Shown: positions 11,029 through 20,026 of the stretch, in pieces
Position numbering within the stretch: the stretch's first letter is position 1
Layout: each line of letters begins with the position of its first letter
DNA from: Desulfuromonadales bacterium
GTDB taxonomy: Bacteria > Desulfobacterota > Desulfuromonadia > Desulfuromonadales > SZUA-540
Direction of reading: 5' to 3'
Assembly: GCA_033549025.1 (NCBI GenBank)
Contig: JAWSUS010000005.1
Location: 1 to 64,000, forward strand
Length of the DNA stretch: 64,000 nt
Position numbers and translations under genes: made by a program
The notes under the pieces: model-generated
What the model was told of the DNA's origin: nothing
Databases searched by the model: none
The model's input: the letters and a program-made list of their open reading frames with translations, nothing else

Positions 11029-12360
11029 TTAGAAGATGAAGGAAAGAATCGAAATGCAGGCGATAGAAACCAGACCCAGCACCAGAGTCGCGCTGGTGTA
11101 GGCCCGGTAGGCCACCGGCACGTCCATGTTGGAGAACTGGGTCACCACCCAGAAATAAGAGTCGTTGGCGTGGGAAACGGTCATGGCGCCGGCGCCAATG
11201 GCCAGCACGGTGAAGACCGGGTCGAGCCCGAGGGCCACCATGAGCGGGGCCATAATGGACGAGGTGGTAATGATGGAGACCGTGGAAGAACCTTGAGCGG
11301 TTTTGATGGCCGCGGCGATGACGAAAGGCAGAAAGATGCCAAGCTGCAGAGATGACAGGGATTCACCCAAAAAGGTGGCGATGGGCGAGGCCTTGAGGAT
11401 GCTGCCGAAAGCGCCGCCGGCGCCGGTGATGGCCAGAATGAGAGCGGCGTGCTTGACCCCTTCACCCATCCAGTTGTCGAGAGCGTTCTTCATCTGCCCT
11501 TTCTCCACCAGAGTCAGGGCCAGGAGGATGCCGAGGGTGAGGGCGGTGACGGGGTCGCCGATAAAGCTCATGGCTTGAGCCATCCCTCCTTCGCCAAAGG
11601 GTTTGGTGGGGAACTCGGCCACCGACTTGAGCAGAATCAAGACGATCGGCAGGGTAATGGGAAGGAAGGAATGAAAAGCGCCGGGCAGTTTGCCGTATTT
11701 GCCGATGAGGTGCTCATAGGTCTCTTCCATGTCCGATTCAATCTGATAGCGGCGCGCGAAACGCGTGGCCCAGAAATAGCCGGCCAGCATGGCGGGGATG
11801 GAGACCAGCAATCCCATGCCGATCACGCGGCCGAGGTCGGCGCCGAGAATGCCAGCGGCCGCAATGGGGCCGGGGGTCGGCGGCACCAGGCAGTGGGTGG
11901 CGTAGAGACCGGTCGCCAGCGCCACGGCCATGACGGCCATGGATTTGCCCGTCTCCTTGGCCAGGGCCTTGTTGAGAGGGGTCAGGATGACATAGCCCGA
12001 GTCGCAGAAAACCGGGATGGAAATGACGTAGCCGGCCACGCTCATGGCCAGTGGCGAGCGCTCCTTGCCGACCAGTTTGAGGATGGCCCTGGTCATGGAC
12101 AGCGCTGCTCCGGTCTTCTCCAGAATGGTACCGATGATGGTGCCGGCCACGATGACGATGCCGATGTAACCCAGGGTGCCGCCGAATCCATTCCGGATGT
12201 TCTTGACGATATCGGGAAGTGGCATCTGCACCAGCAGGCCGTAGAGGAAAGAGACGAGAATGAGGACGACAAAGGGGTTCATGCGGTACTTGGACGTCAG
12301 GAAAATGATGAGCCCGACGCTCAGAAGAAGAAAGATGACTGCGACACTGCCTGAGACCAT
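11029..12360 (-). CDS. GntP-family (gluconate/glycerate:H+ symporter) permease
   Basis: IPVFCDSGYVIL, THCLVPPTPGP, AQGSSTV and SHANDSYFWVV. GGAGG RBS precedes the ATG at 12360. Confidence 0.9.
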   Translation of the reverse strand: MVSGSVAVIFLLLSVGLIIFLTSKYRMNPFVVLILVSFLYGLLVQMPLPDIVKNIRNGFGGTLGYIGIVIVAGTIIGTILEKTGAALSMTRAILKLVGKERSPLAMSVAGYVISIPVFCDSGYVILTPLNKALAKETGKSMAVMAVALATGLYATHCLVPPTPGPIAAAGILGADLGRVIGMGLLVSIPAMLAGYFWATRFARRYQIESDMEETYEHLIGKYGKLPGAFHSFLPITLPIVLILLKSVAEFPTKPFGEGGMAQAMSFIGDPVTALTLGILLALTLVEKGQMKNALDNWMGEGVKHAALILAITGAGGAFGSILKASPIATFLGESLSSLQLGIFLPFVIAAAIKTAQGSSTVSIITTSSIMAPLMVALGLDPVFTVLAIGAGAMTVSHANDSYFWVVTQFSNMDVPVAYRAYTSATLVLGLVSIACISILSFIF

Positions 12361-12403
12361 GGGTAACCTCCTTGGGCTGTGGGTGGGGATTCCCTGAACT
12401 GAC

Positions 12404-12419
12404 AGCATCTAGTATGCCA
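12404..12419 (-). promoter_or_regulatory. Putative sigma54 (-24/-12) promoter of the gntP-TPR-glycerate kinase operon
   Basis: Minus strand TGGCATACTAGATGCT has GG-N10-GC spacing, ~45 bp upstream of the start. Confidence 0.55.
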
Positions 12420-12655
12420 GAATTTGGCTGAATAAAAAGAGGCATAAAAAGTCGATTTTATACGCAAAAGCCAGTCTCAGCGCTGGGCGGTCCTGGTGGG
12501 ATACGCCAAATAACCATACGCTGGGTAAAAATACCGTCCTGCTGGCTCTGCAGGAGCGAAAAAATCAACTATACTAATGCGTGTCGGGTTGGCCCGACGA
12601 CACAGTCGCTATGGATTAGGTAAGCCCTGCAGATGAACACATGAAGGAGGTTAAT

Positions 12656-13378
12656 ATGCGATTTTTCAAACTGTTGAGTGTTTTGGCGATGCTGCTGCTG
12701 CCAGTGGCGGGAGCCCTGGCCGAAGACCAGAAATGGAGCGATGAGGCGGAATTGTCCTATGTCGATACCAGCGGCAACACGGAAGTCACCACCCTTTCGG
12801 CGAAAAACAAGCTGCAGGCCACCCTCACCGAGCGGATTCTGGCGACCTGGAAACTGCAGGCCCTGTACGGCGAGACAGATGGGGAAAAAACGGCGGAATC
12901 GTACATGACGGAGCTGCGGGGGGACTATGCCCTGTCGGAACGTCTCTATACTTTTGGCGCGGCCGGGTGGCTGCAGGACAAGTTTGCCGGCATCGACAGC
13001 CGCTATACCTTTGGTCTGGGTATCGGCTACAAATTTCTGGATGGCCCCAAGCACTTTCTGCGCGGCGAGGCCGGCCTGACCTATACCATGGATGAATACA
13101 CGGACGGTTCTTCCGAAGAATATCTGGGCGGCCGCCTTTTCGGTGAATACCAATACCAGTTTACCGAAAAGAACCGTTTTTCGCAGACCCTCGAATATCT
13201 GCCCGATTTCGAGAATTCGGACAACTGGCTGCTGAACAGCGAGACGGCCCTGATCGCGGCCCTTAACAGCTTTCTGTCCATGAAAACCAGCTATGTCGTG
13301 AAATACGACAACGAGCCGGCTCCGGGCTCGGAAAAAACCGACAGAATCCTCGGCGTGGCGCTGGTCGTCAATTTCTGA
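12656..13378 (+). CDS. YdiY/DUF481 outer-membrane beta-barrel protein
   Basis: Signal peptide, TSGNT motif, alternating beta-strand pattern and C-terminal Phe. AGGAGG RBS. Confidence 0.85.
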   Translation: MRFFKLLSVLAMLLLPVAGALAEDQKWSDEAELSYVDTSGNTEVTTLSAKNKLQATLTERILATWKLQALYGETDGEKTAESYMTELRGDYALSERLYTFGAAGWLQDKFAGIDSRYTFGLGIGYKFLDGPKHFLRGEAGLTYTMDEYTDGSSEEYLGGRLFGEYQYQFTEKNRFSQTLEYLPDFENSDNWLLNSETALIAALNSFLSMKTSYVVKYDNEPAPGSEKTDRILGVALVVNF

Positions 13379-13398
13379 GCAGGTATTCTCACCGGCAT

Positions 13399-13440
13399 AA
13401 AAAAAGACGGATCACCCGCCAAGGTGATCCGTCTTTTTTT
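13399..13440. terminator. Bidirectional intrinsic terminator
   Basis: A7-GACGGATCACC-loop-GGTGATCCGTC-T7 between convergent genes. Confidence 0.85.
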
Positions 13441-13459
13441 ATGATCTCTTTTCGTTTTG

Positions 13460-14077
13460 CTACAAGGTTTCGTAAAAGGAAGGTTTGAGGTAGCGGAAGG
13501 TCTCGACGAAACGGTCAAAGGCTTCCACATCCGCCTGATCGTAGTCGGCTTCCGCCGGCCGCCATTGGGTGTAGTAGAAGGCGACGACCCGCTCGCCTCG
13601 GCGGGCAAAGACGATTTTGCTCCAGACCTTGTGCCCCTTGACGGGTTCAATCCCTTCGGTGTCGGCGATAAGCGCTTCCTTTCCGAAGAGAGTCGTCTTC
13701 TCCAGGGTCGGTTTGGCGAACTGTACCCGGGAAGCCCAGAGGAATCGCTTGAAAAACTCGGGTACCCGGTGCTCGAAATCGAGGGAGTAGCCAAAGGGCT
13801 CCTCCGCATAGGCCAGGGTCGACTGGCAGGGATAGCTGTCCCGGCACAACTTCATGTACGCCAGCGAATAGTCGTCTTCATCAAGTTGAACGAGCTCCCA
13901 GGGGGCTGGCGGCGGGACAAAGGCGAATTCGTCCTGCCATACCGAGGTGCCGTCTCCCTGGGTCTGAAGGGGGGCTGGCGGCGGGGTGGGGGTGGGGAGC
14001 CAGGCACAGCCGGAAAAGAGCAGAAGAATCGCCAGAATAAACAGCTGGCGCCATAGACCGGTGAGGGAAAAGATCAT
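13460..14077 (-). CDS. Uncharacterised lipoprotein with a C-x5-C pair
   Basis: Lipobox LLLFSGC, Pro-rich linker and KLCRDSYPCQS. ATG overlaps the upstream TGA (ATGA), with an AGGAGG RBS. Confidence 0.75.
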   Translation of the reverse strand: MIFSLTGLWRQLFILAILLLFSGCAWLPTPTPPPAPLQTQGDGTSVWQDEFAFVPPPAPWELVQLDEDDYSLAYMKLCRDSYPCQSTLAYAEEPFGYSLDFEHRVPEFFKRFLWASRVQFAKPTLEKTTLFGKEALIADTEGIEPVKGHKVWSKIVFARRGERVVAFYYTQWRPAEADYDQADVEAFDRFVETFRYLKPSFYETL

Positions 14078-14622
14078 GGCGACACCTCCTCGGCATGCAG
14101 CTCTTTAAGAACCTGCAAAACTTCATGATAGTTCGGATTGCCGCTTTTGCTGTAGCGGATGGTCCCCCATTTGTCGATGACCACGGTCCGCCGGGCAAAG
14201 ACGGGCGACCCCGGCGCGTAGGCGCCGAGCCAGGTTCCCAGGTAGGACGAGGTGTTGGAGAACAGGGGGAAAGTCAGGCCGTATTCTTCAGCGAAGTATT
14301 TAAGCGTATCGACGTTGTCCCGGCTGACGCCCGCGACGCGGGCGTTGAAGCGGTCATAGAGGTAGAGATTCCTCTGATGACCCTCCATTTCACCCGTTCA
14401 GACAGGGGTGAACGCGGCGGGAAAAAAGGTCAGGATCAGGTGATGCTTTCCATAAAAATCCCGATCATAGGAAAAGAGCCGATCCTGGCTGCTCGCCAGG
14501 CTGAAAATGGGGGCGCTGTCCCCACGGCCGCGGTAGGTGACGCCCTCCTCGGCCCCCCACAGACTTAAAGGAGCCAGCAGCAGGGCCACCCCTGCCAGCA
14601 GGATAACTTTGAGCTGATGCAT
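14074..14622 (-). CDS. Exported selenocysteine-containing peroxiredoxin (AhpC/TSA, BCP-like); Sec encoded by TGA at 14400-14398
   Basis: ORFs 14398-14622 and 14074-14388 are in the same frame. Read-through gives FFPAAFTPV-U-TGEMEG, the PxxxTxxC motif with U. Also GVSRD, YGLTFPLFS and ARRTVVIDKWG, plus an N-terminal signal peptide. Confidence 0.88.
14352..14382 (-). promoter_or_regulatory. Candidate bacterial SECIS element
   Basis: The mRNA after UGA+15 nt reads GGUCAU-C-AGAGG-AAUCUCUA-CCUCU-AUGACC, a hairpin (alternative apex AGAG-GAAU-CUCU with G first in the loop). Confidence 0.65.
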
Positions 14623-14714
14623 CGTGGATTACCTCCCTGTCGTACCGTCGCCAGCGGACGGCGATGATTGTTTCTCCCAATAGTAGCGGAGAAAACCGTG
14701 GCCGCAAGCCAAGG

Positions 14715-16025
14715 TCAGGAGAAGAAGCGGCTGAAATCGTTGAACAGGGCCAGTCCCATGAGCAGCAGCAACAGGAGTAGACCAAATTTCAGGGCTGTTT
14801 CCTGGGCAGCCTGCGGCAGGGGACGGCCGAAAATCAGTTCGATCAGAAAGAAGACGAGATGTCCGCCGTCCAGCACCGGCACGGGAAGCAGATTCAAAAA
14901 GCCGAGTTGAATGCTGAGAAAGGCCAGAAAGAGCAGGGTGGAAGCCACCCCGGTCTGGGCGGCGGCCCCGGCGGTCTGTACGATCATGACCGGCCCGCCG
15001 ATATTGTCGGTGGAAATGTTGCCGGCCACCAGCTGGCGCAGAAAATCTCCCGTGAGGCGCATCAGTTCCACCGTCTTTTGGGCGCCGGCTTTTACCGCTT
15101 CGAGTGGGGGGAAGTGCTTCAGGTAGGTCTCCTGCAGCGGCGAGATGCCGATAAGAAAACGCCCCTGGGGGCTCTGTTCCGGCAGCATGGTGAAGTGAAG
15201 ACGCTCCTCCGCCCGTTGTGCCTCCACCGTCACCTCGGCCCCGCCCGCGGCATTGATGACTGTACCGACATCGTACCAGCTGTTTATGGGCGTGCCGTTG
15301 ATGGCGACGATGCGATCCCCTTCGCGCAGGCCCGCTTCCCGGGCGGGATCCCCTTCGAAAACCTCGCCGAGCACCGCGGCCTGCTCAGGAAAAATCCCGA
15401 CGCTGCGCAGGTCGTAGCTTTCGCCGGCAACCTTGACGAGTTGCAAATCCTGGCTCTGCCCCTGACGGCGAACGGTGACGCTCACCTCCTCCTTTGCGGC
15501 CATGGCGAATACCGAATTGGCGTCCTCCCAGGTGGCGACCCGGCGACCCTCGATGCTTTCGAGCCGATCCCCTTCGAGAAAGCCGCCGTCGTCGGCCGGG
15601 CTTTGCGTGGCAACGTGGCCGACCTGCGGCTCTGCTATCTGATAGGCCGGGGTCTGTACCCCGACAAGGTAGGCGACAGGCAGGATGAGAAAGGGGAGTA
15701 ACAGGTTGGTCAGCGGGCCTGCCGCCACAATGGCCATGCGGGTGAAAACCCCTTTGTTGGTGAAGGCCCTGTCGTCGTCGCTGCTGACGGGCGCTTCTTC
15801 GGGGTTGTTCTTGCGTTCGCCGTGCATCTGGACATAGCCCCCGAAGGGGAGCAGGCAGACCAGGTATTCCGTTTCCCCTTTTTTCCAGCTAAGCAGGCGG
15901 GGGCCGAAGCCGAGAGAAAAACGCAGAACCTTGACGCCGGACCACTTGGCGACGAGAAAGTGGCCGAGTTCATGAACAAATATCAGGATGCCGAGGGTCA
16001 CTATCCCCCAGAAAGCGGTCATCAT
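14715..16025 (-). CDS. rseP: RIP metalloprotease RseP (site-2 protease, two PDZ domains)
   Basis: HELGH, FSLGFGP, PFGGYV, AGPLTN and NLLPVPVLDGG. Confidence 0.92.
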   Translation of the reverse strand: MMTAFWGIVTLGILIFVHELGHFLVAKWSGVKVLRFSLGFGPRLLSWKKGETEYLVCLLPFGGYVQMHGERKNNPEEAPVSSDDDRAFTNKGVFTRMAIVAAGPLTNLLLPFLILPVAYLVGVQTPAYQIAEPQVGHVATQSPADDGGFLEGDRLESIEGRRVATWEDANSVFAMAAKEEVSVTVRRQGQSQDLQLVKVAGESYDLRSVGIFPEQAAVLGEVFEGDPAREAGLREGDRIVAINGTPINSWYDVGTVINAAGGAEVTVEAQRAEERLHFTMLPEQSPQGRFLIGISPLQETYLKHFPPLEAVKAGAQKTVELMRLTGDFLRQLVAGNISTDNIGGPVMIVQTAGAAAQTGVASTLLFLAFLSIQLGFLNLLPVPVLDGGHLVFFLIELIFGRPLPQAAQETALKFGLLLLLLLMGLALFNDFSRFFS

Positions 16026-16064
16026 GGTTGGTCTCCAGAGTAGGTTGTCCTGTCGGTTTGGCGG

Positions 16065-16907
16065 TCAGCGCGAGGCGATGAGACGCCGAAACCGATGGCG
16101 CAGGCTGGCAAAGAGAGAAGAGAGCAGGTATCCCAACCCCGCCAGCAGAACGGTGGTGGCTCCGGCGGGAAGATCCGGCTGGTAGGAGATGAAGAGCCCG
16201 CCGGTGGTAAAAAAAGCTCCGAAAAGCGTCGCCAGAACCATCATTTTAGCCAGGGAGTGGACAAAATGTCCAGCAATGGCTGCCGGCAATGTGAGCAGAG
16301 CGATGACCATGATCAGGCCAACCACCTGGATCAGGATGACGACGGTCAGCGAAACGAGGGCGAGAAGCAGCAGATAGAAGAGATCGACGCGAACGCCTCG
16401 CAGACGGGCGAATTCCTCATCGAAGGCCACGGCCAAAAACTGCTTGTAAAAAAGCAGGATGATGACGGCAATAGCCAGGTCGAGAGCGAAGATCAGGTAA
16501 AGATCCTGGCGGGGGATCATGAGGATGTTGCCAAAGAGGTAGCTCATCAGGTCGACGTTGTAGCCCGGAGTGCGGGCAATGAACAGCACGCCGGTGGCCA
16601 TGCCCACCGACCAGAGAGCGCTGATGATAGTGTCTTCCTGCTGTTTCCAGTGCAGGTTGATCCAACCGATGACACCCGCCGACAGGAGGGCGGCCACAAT
16701 GGCACCGCCGATCGGGCTGTAGCCGAAGTAATAGGCGATTCCCATGCCGCCCAGAACAGCGTGGGCGATGCCGCCGGCAATATAGCCGATACGCTTGACG
16801 ACGACAAAGGAACCGACGATGCCGCAGGCGACGCTGGCCAGCAGTCCGCCAATCAAGGCATTTTGCAAAAAAGTCTGGTTCAGCGCGGCTTCTAAAAAAG
16901 TGTCCAT
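16065..16907 (-). CDS. znuB: Zn/Mn ABC transporter permease
   Basis: IAHAVLGG, YLFGNIL, FDEEFA and QVVGLIMVIALL. Confidence 0.85.
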   Translation of the reverse strand: MDTFLEAALNQTFLQNALIGGLLASVACGIVGSFVVVKRIGYIAGGIAHAVLGGMGIAYYFGYSPIGGAIVAALLSAGVIGWINLHWKQQEDTIISALWSVGMATGVLFIARTPGYNVDLMSYLFGNILMIPRQDLYLIFALDLAIAVIILLFYKQFLAVAFDEEFARLRGVRVDLFYLLLLALVSLTVVILIQVVGLIMVIALLTLPAAIAGHFVHSLAKMMVLATLFGAFFTTGGLFISYQPDLPAGATTVLLAGLGYLLSSLFASLRHRFRRLIASR

Positions 16908-16914
16908 GAATCCT

Positions 16915-17655
16915 TTATTTCTTCAGAACTGTGTGATGATGAACCATCTGCATGGGCATTCCGTAGAGATTTTCGACGACCTCACCGCTGATATCAGAGG
17001 TGGCGTGGCAAACCAGGGTCCGGTTGAGGCAGGCGACCCGGCTGACGTAGCCGGAAATGAAGCCGATATCGTGCGAGACGACGATGACGGTGACGCGATC
17101 GTTGAGCCGTTTGAGCAGATCGAAGACGCCGGCTTCGACGCGGGGGTCGATATTGGCCGTCGGTTCGTCGAGAATGAGTACCTCCGGCTCGCAAGCCAGC
17201 GCCCTGGCGATGAGCACACGCTGTCGCTGACCGCCGGAGAGGGTGGAGAGGGGGCGATCCTGCAGATCGAGGATTTCCGCCTCGGCCATGGCTTGCCGTG
17301 CCACCTGCCGGTCCTCTTCGCCATAACCGAAAATCCGGCTGGTCTTGCCGAGGCGTCCTTGCAGAACCGTATCCATCACGCTGATGGGAAAGCGGCGATC
17401 GAAGGTCGCAAACTGGGGTACATAGCCCAGCTTCCGACTGGCCTGACCGGGTTGTTGGCCGAAGACCCGCACGCTTCCCGTGGTCGGGGCGAGTAGTCCC
17501 AGGATCAACTTGAGCAATGTGCTTTTGCCGCTGCCGTTCGGGCCGACGATGCCCAGAAACTCACCCTGCTCGATGGTCAGCGTGATATTTTCCAGGACGG
17601 GGATCTCTTCATAGCGGAAGAAGACCTGGTCAAGTTCAATGACAGCGGTGTTCAT
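16915..17655 (-). CDS. znuC: Zn/Mn ABC transporter ATP-binding protein
   Basis: GPNGSGKST, LGYVPQ, LSGGQRQR, LDEPT and VSHD. Confidence 0.88.
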   Translation of the reverse strand: MNTAVIELDQVFFRYEEIPVLENITLTIEQGEFLGIVGPNGSGKSTLLKLILGLLAPTTGSVRVFGQQPGQASRKLGYVPQFATFDRRFPISVMDTVLQGRLGKTSRIFGYGEEDRQVARQAMAEAEILDLQDRPLSTLSGGQRQRVLIARALACEPEVLILDEPTANIDPRVEAGVFDLLKRLNDRVTVIVVSHDIGFISGYVSRVACLNRTLVCHATSDISGEVVENLYGMPMQMVHHHTVLKK

Positions 17656-18533
17656 TTCTTTTCCATCGCCGCGGCAAAGACGTCCGCAATATGGCGCATG
17701 TTGGCTGGATAGTCTTCAGCCAGAGGGTCGATGGCAATAACCGTGGCGTCGATAGAGCGGGCGATATTTTCTGCCAGGCGCCGGCTGAATTGCTGCTGCA
17801 CAAAGATGACGCGGATATCCTGCGCCCTGGCATCATCAATCAGTCGGGCCAGGGTTTTTGCCCCGGGCTCTTTGCCTTCCATTTCGATGGGCACCTGCTG
17901 CAGTCCGTAGGCGTCGGCAAAATAGCCCATGGAAGGGTGAAAAATCAGAAAGCGCCGGTTTTTCAGGGGGGCCAGTTTGGTCCGGATATCCCGGTCGAGC
18001 GATTCAAGATCGTTGATCAGGGCCTGATAGTTGCGGCTGTAGGTCTCCTCTTTATCCGGGTTGAGTGCCGCCAGCACGGACAGCACCTTGCCCGCCATGA
18101 CCTGAACCAGCTGAGGGCTGGTCCAGACATGAGGATCCTTAAGTCCCTGGGCCTCCTCTTCGTCATGGTGGTCATGGCCATGATGGGTGTGGCTTTCAAT
18201 GGAACGCAGGGTTAGCCCTTCGCGCAGATCGATGATGCGCAGGTCGGGATTGTTGGCGCCGATGCGCTCCATCCACACAGTTTCAAAAGCGACGCCGATA
18301 CGGAAATAGACGGCGGCCGTGGCCAGGGTGGCCATCTGCTTGGGCGTCGGCTCATAGGTGGCCGGGCTGCGACCGGGGCCCACCATCACGGAGACCTCCA
18401 CCTCGCTGCCGCCGATGCGCTCAACGATATATTTTTGCGGCAGAACGCTGACGAAAACCTGCAGGGGGGCTGCCTGAGCCGACAGCGTCGTCAGGATGAC
18501 GAAGAGCAGGGGCAAAACTAGGTTTCTCATCAT
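17652..18533 (-). CDS. znuA: Zn ABC transporter substrate-binding protein
   Basis: SPATYEPTP, His-rich loop HTHHGHDHHDEEE, DPHVWTSP, FHPSMGYF and IDPLA. Start trimmed to the signal peptide. Confidence 0.88.
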   Translation of the reverse strand: MMRNLVLPLLFVILTTLSAQAAPLQVFVSVLPQKYIVERIGGSEVEVSVMVGPGRSPATYEPTPKQMATLATAAVYFRIGVAFETVWMERIGANNPDLRIIDLREGLTLRSIESHTHHGHDHHDEEEAQGLKDPHVWTSPQLVQVMAGKVLSVLAALNPDKEETYSRNYQALINDLESLDRDIRTKLAPLKNRRFLIFHPSMGYFADAYGLQQVPIEMEGKEPGAKTLARLIDDARAQDIRVIFVQQQFSRRLAENIARSIDATVIAIDPLAEDYPANMRHIADVFAAAMEKK

Positions 18534-18572
18534 GGCTTTTAGTTGTCCTTCAGGGCGGTCGGGCGGGGCCGG

Positions 18573-18589
18573 CCGCAACGTTTTTTCAT
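18573..18589. promoter_or_regulatory. Possible Zur-type operator just downstream of the predicted znuA promoter
   Basis: Minus strand ATGAAAAAACGTTGCGG resembles an ATGCAAC-N3-GTTGCAT palindrome. TTGAAA-N17-TATACC lies upstream. Confidence 0.3.
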
Positions 18590-18793
18590 GCGAATTAAGG
18601 TATATAGGATGTGGGGCACTTTTTCAATGGAGAATTCCCCATCGCAGGCCTCCGGCCCCAAGCCCACCGCGGGGGTAATCAAAAATTCGGTTGCCAAATG
18701 GCCGCAATCCCGTAAGAATACAAGTCTATATCCATCGCTCATCCCCGTTTGGCCGAGACGATGAGCTCTCGCTGAAAACTTCAGGATCCGCAC

Positions 18794-19936
18794 ATGCCCA
18801 TCATCATTCTGACCACCGTTCTTACTCTGTCGGCACTCTATGCTCCGCAGCCGCTCCTGCCGGTCATTGTCCGCGAGTTTGCCGTGTCGTCCGAGACCGC
18901 GGCCCTGCTGACCACGGTGGCCTTTATCCCCCTCAGTGTGGCTCCTCTCGTCTATGGCTTCGTGCTGGAGACGGTCTCGCCCCGGCGCATGCTGAAGGTG
19001 GCGGTCTTTCTGCTGGCGGTAACGGAGCTGTGGTTTTACTATGCTCCGTCTTTTGCCGAACTCATGGTCATTCGCCTGCTGCAGGGACTGCTGATTCCGG
19101 CCATGCTGACGGCGCTCATGACCTATGTGTCCGAGCAAGCCGGCCCTTCCCGTATCCAGCGGGCCATGGCTGTGTATGTGGCCGCCACGATTCTCGGCGG
19201 TTTTCTCGGCCGGGCCTGCTCCGGTTTTATCGCGACCACCTGGGGCTGGCGTCAAAGCTTTCTTGTCCTGGCTGTCAGCCTCATCGTCTGTTTTGTCTTT
19301 CTCTTTCGCCTTAAAGGTCCTGAATCCCTGAGCGTCAGCCGGCCGCGTGCCGACTTGCTGTGGCAGACTCTGCGCCATCCGGTGTATCGCCGCATCTATC
19401 TTCTGATCTTCTGCCTCTTTCTGGTCTTTGCCGCCATCATGAACTTCCTGCCTTTTCGGCTGACCGAAATCAGCGATCAGGCCAGCGAATTCCGCATCGG
19501 CCTCATGTATTCCGGCTATGTCATGGGGATGGTGACATCCCTGATGGCGGTGCGGGTCAGTGAGTGGCTGGGCGGCAGCAAGCGGGCGATACTTGTCGGC
19601 ATGGCTGCCTTCTGTCTGTCACTACTGGGGCTGGCGACCGGCCAAATTGCCGTTTTGTTTGTGGTCATGTTTCTCTTCTGCGGCGCCATGTTTCTGGTCC
19701 ACTCCACGGCCACCGGCCACCTCAATCGTCTGGCTACCCATCACAAGGGAGTGGTCAACGGCCTGTATGTCGCTTTTTACTATGGCGGCGGCGTGGTCGG
19801 TTCCTATGTGCCGGGCCTCATTTACCGTCAGTGGGGCTGGCTCCCTTTTATCCTCTGTTTGTTGGGCGTTTCCCTGGTGGGGATGCTTACGCTCACAGGG
19901 ATTCGGGCGGCTGCCTCCGCCAAAATGAGTAGTTGA
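18794..19936 (+). CDS. MFS transporter (YnfM-like)
   Basis: LYAPQPLLP, RLLQG, GGFLGR, NFLPFRL and YYGGG; about 12 TM segments. Confidence 0.88.
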   Translation: MPIIILTTVLTLSALYAPQPLLPVIVREFAVSSETAALLTTVAFIPLSVAPLVYGFVLETVSPRRMLKVAVFLLAVTELWFYYAPSFAELMVIRLLQGLLIPAMLTALMTYVSEQAGPSRIQRAMAVYVAATILGGFLGRACSGFIATTWGWRQSFLVLAVSLIVCFVFLFRLKGPESLSVSRPRADLLWQTLRHPVYRRIYLLIFCLFLVFAAIMNFLPFRLTEISDQASEFRIGLMYSGYVMGMVTSLMAVRVSEWLGGSKRAILVGMAAFCLSLLGLATGQIAVLFVVMFLFCGAMFLVHSTATGHLNRLATHHKGVVNGLYVAFYYGGGVVGSYVPGLIYRQWGWLPFILCLLGVSLVGMLTLTGIRAAASAKMSS

Positions 19937-20026
19937 CACCCGCCCGGACGACAGGTTATGAATGTGTTGGCCTAAAGCCTGCCACAAATGTATCCGTCAA
20001 CTCTACGCAAGGTGAAAGGAAACGAA

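Noticed and set aside
14398..14400. The TGA read as a nonsense mutation making a Prx pseudogene
   Set aside because: It falls exactly on the catalytic residue, both halves are intact and a hairpin follows. Sec recoding is the better explanation.
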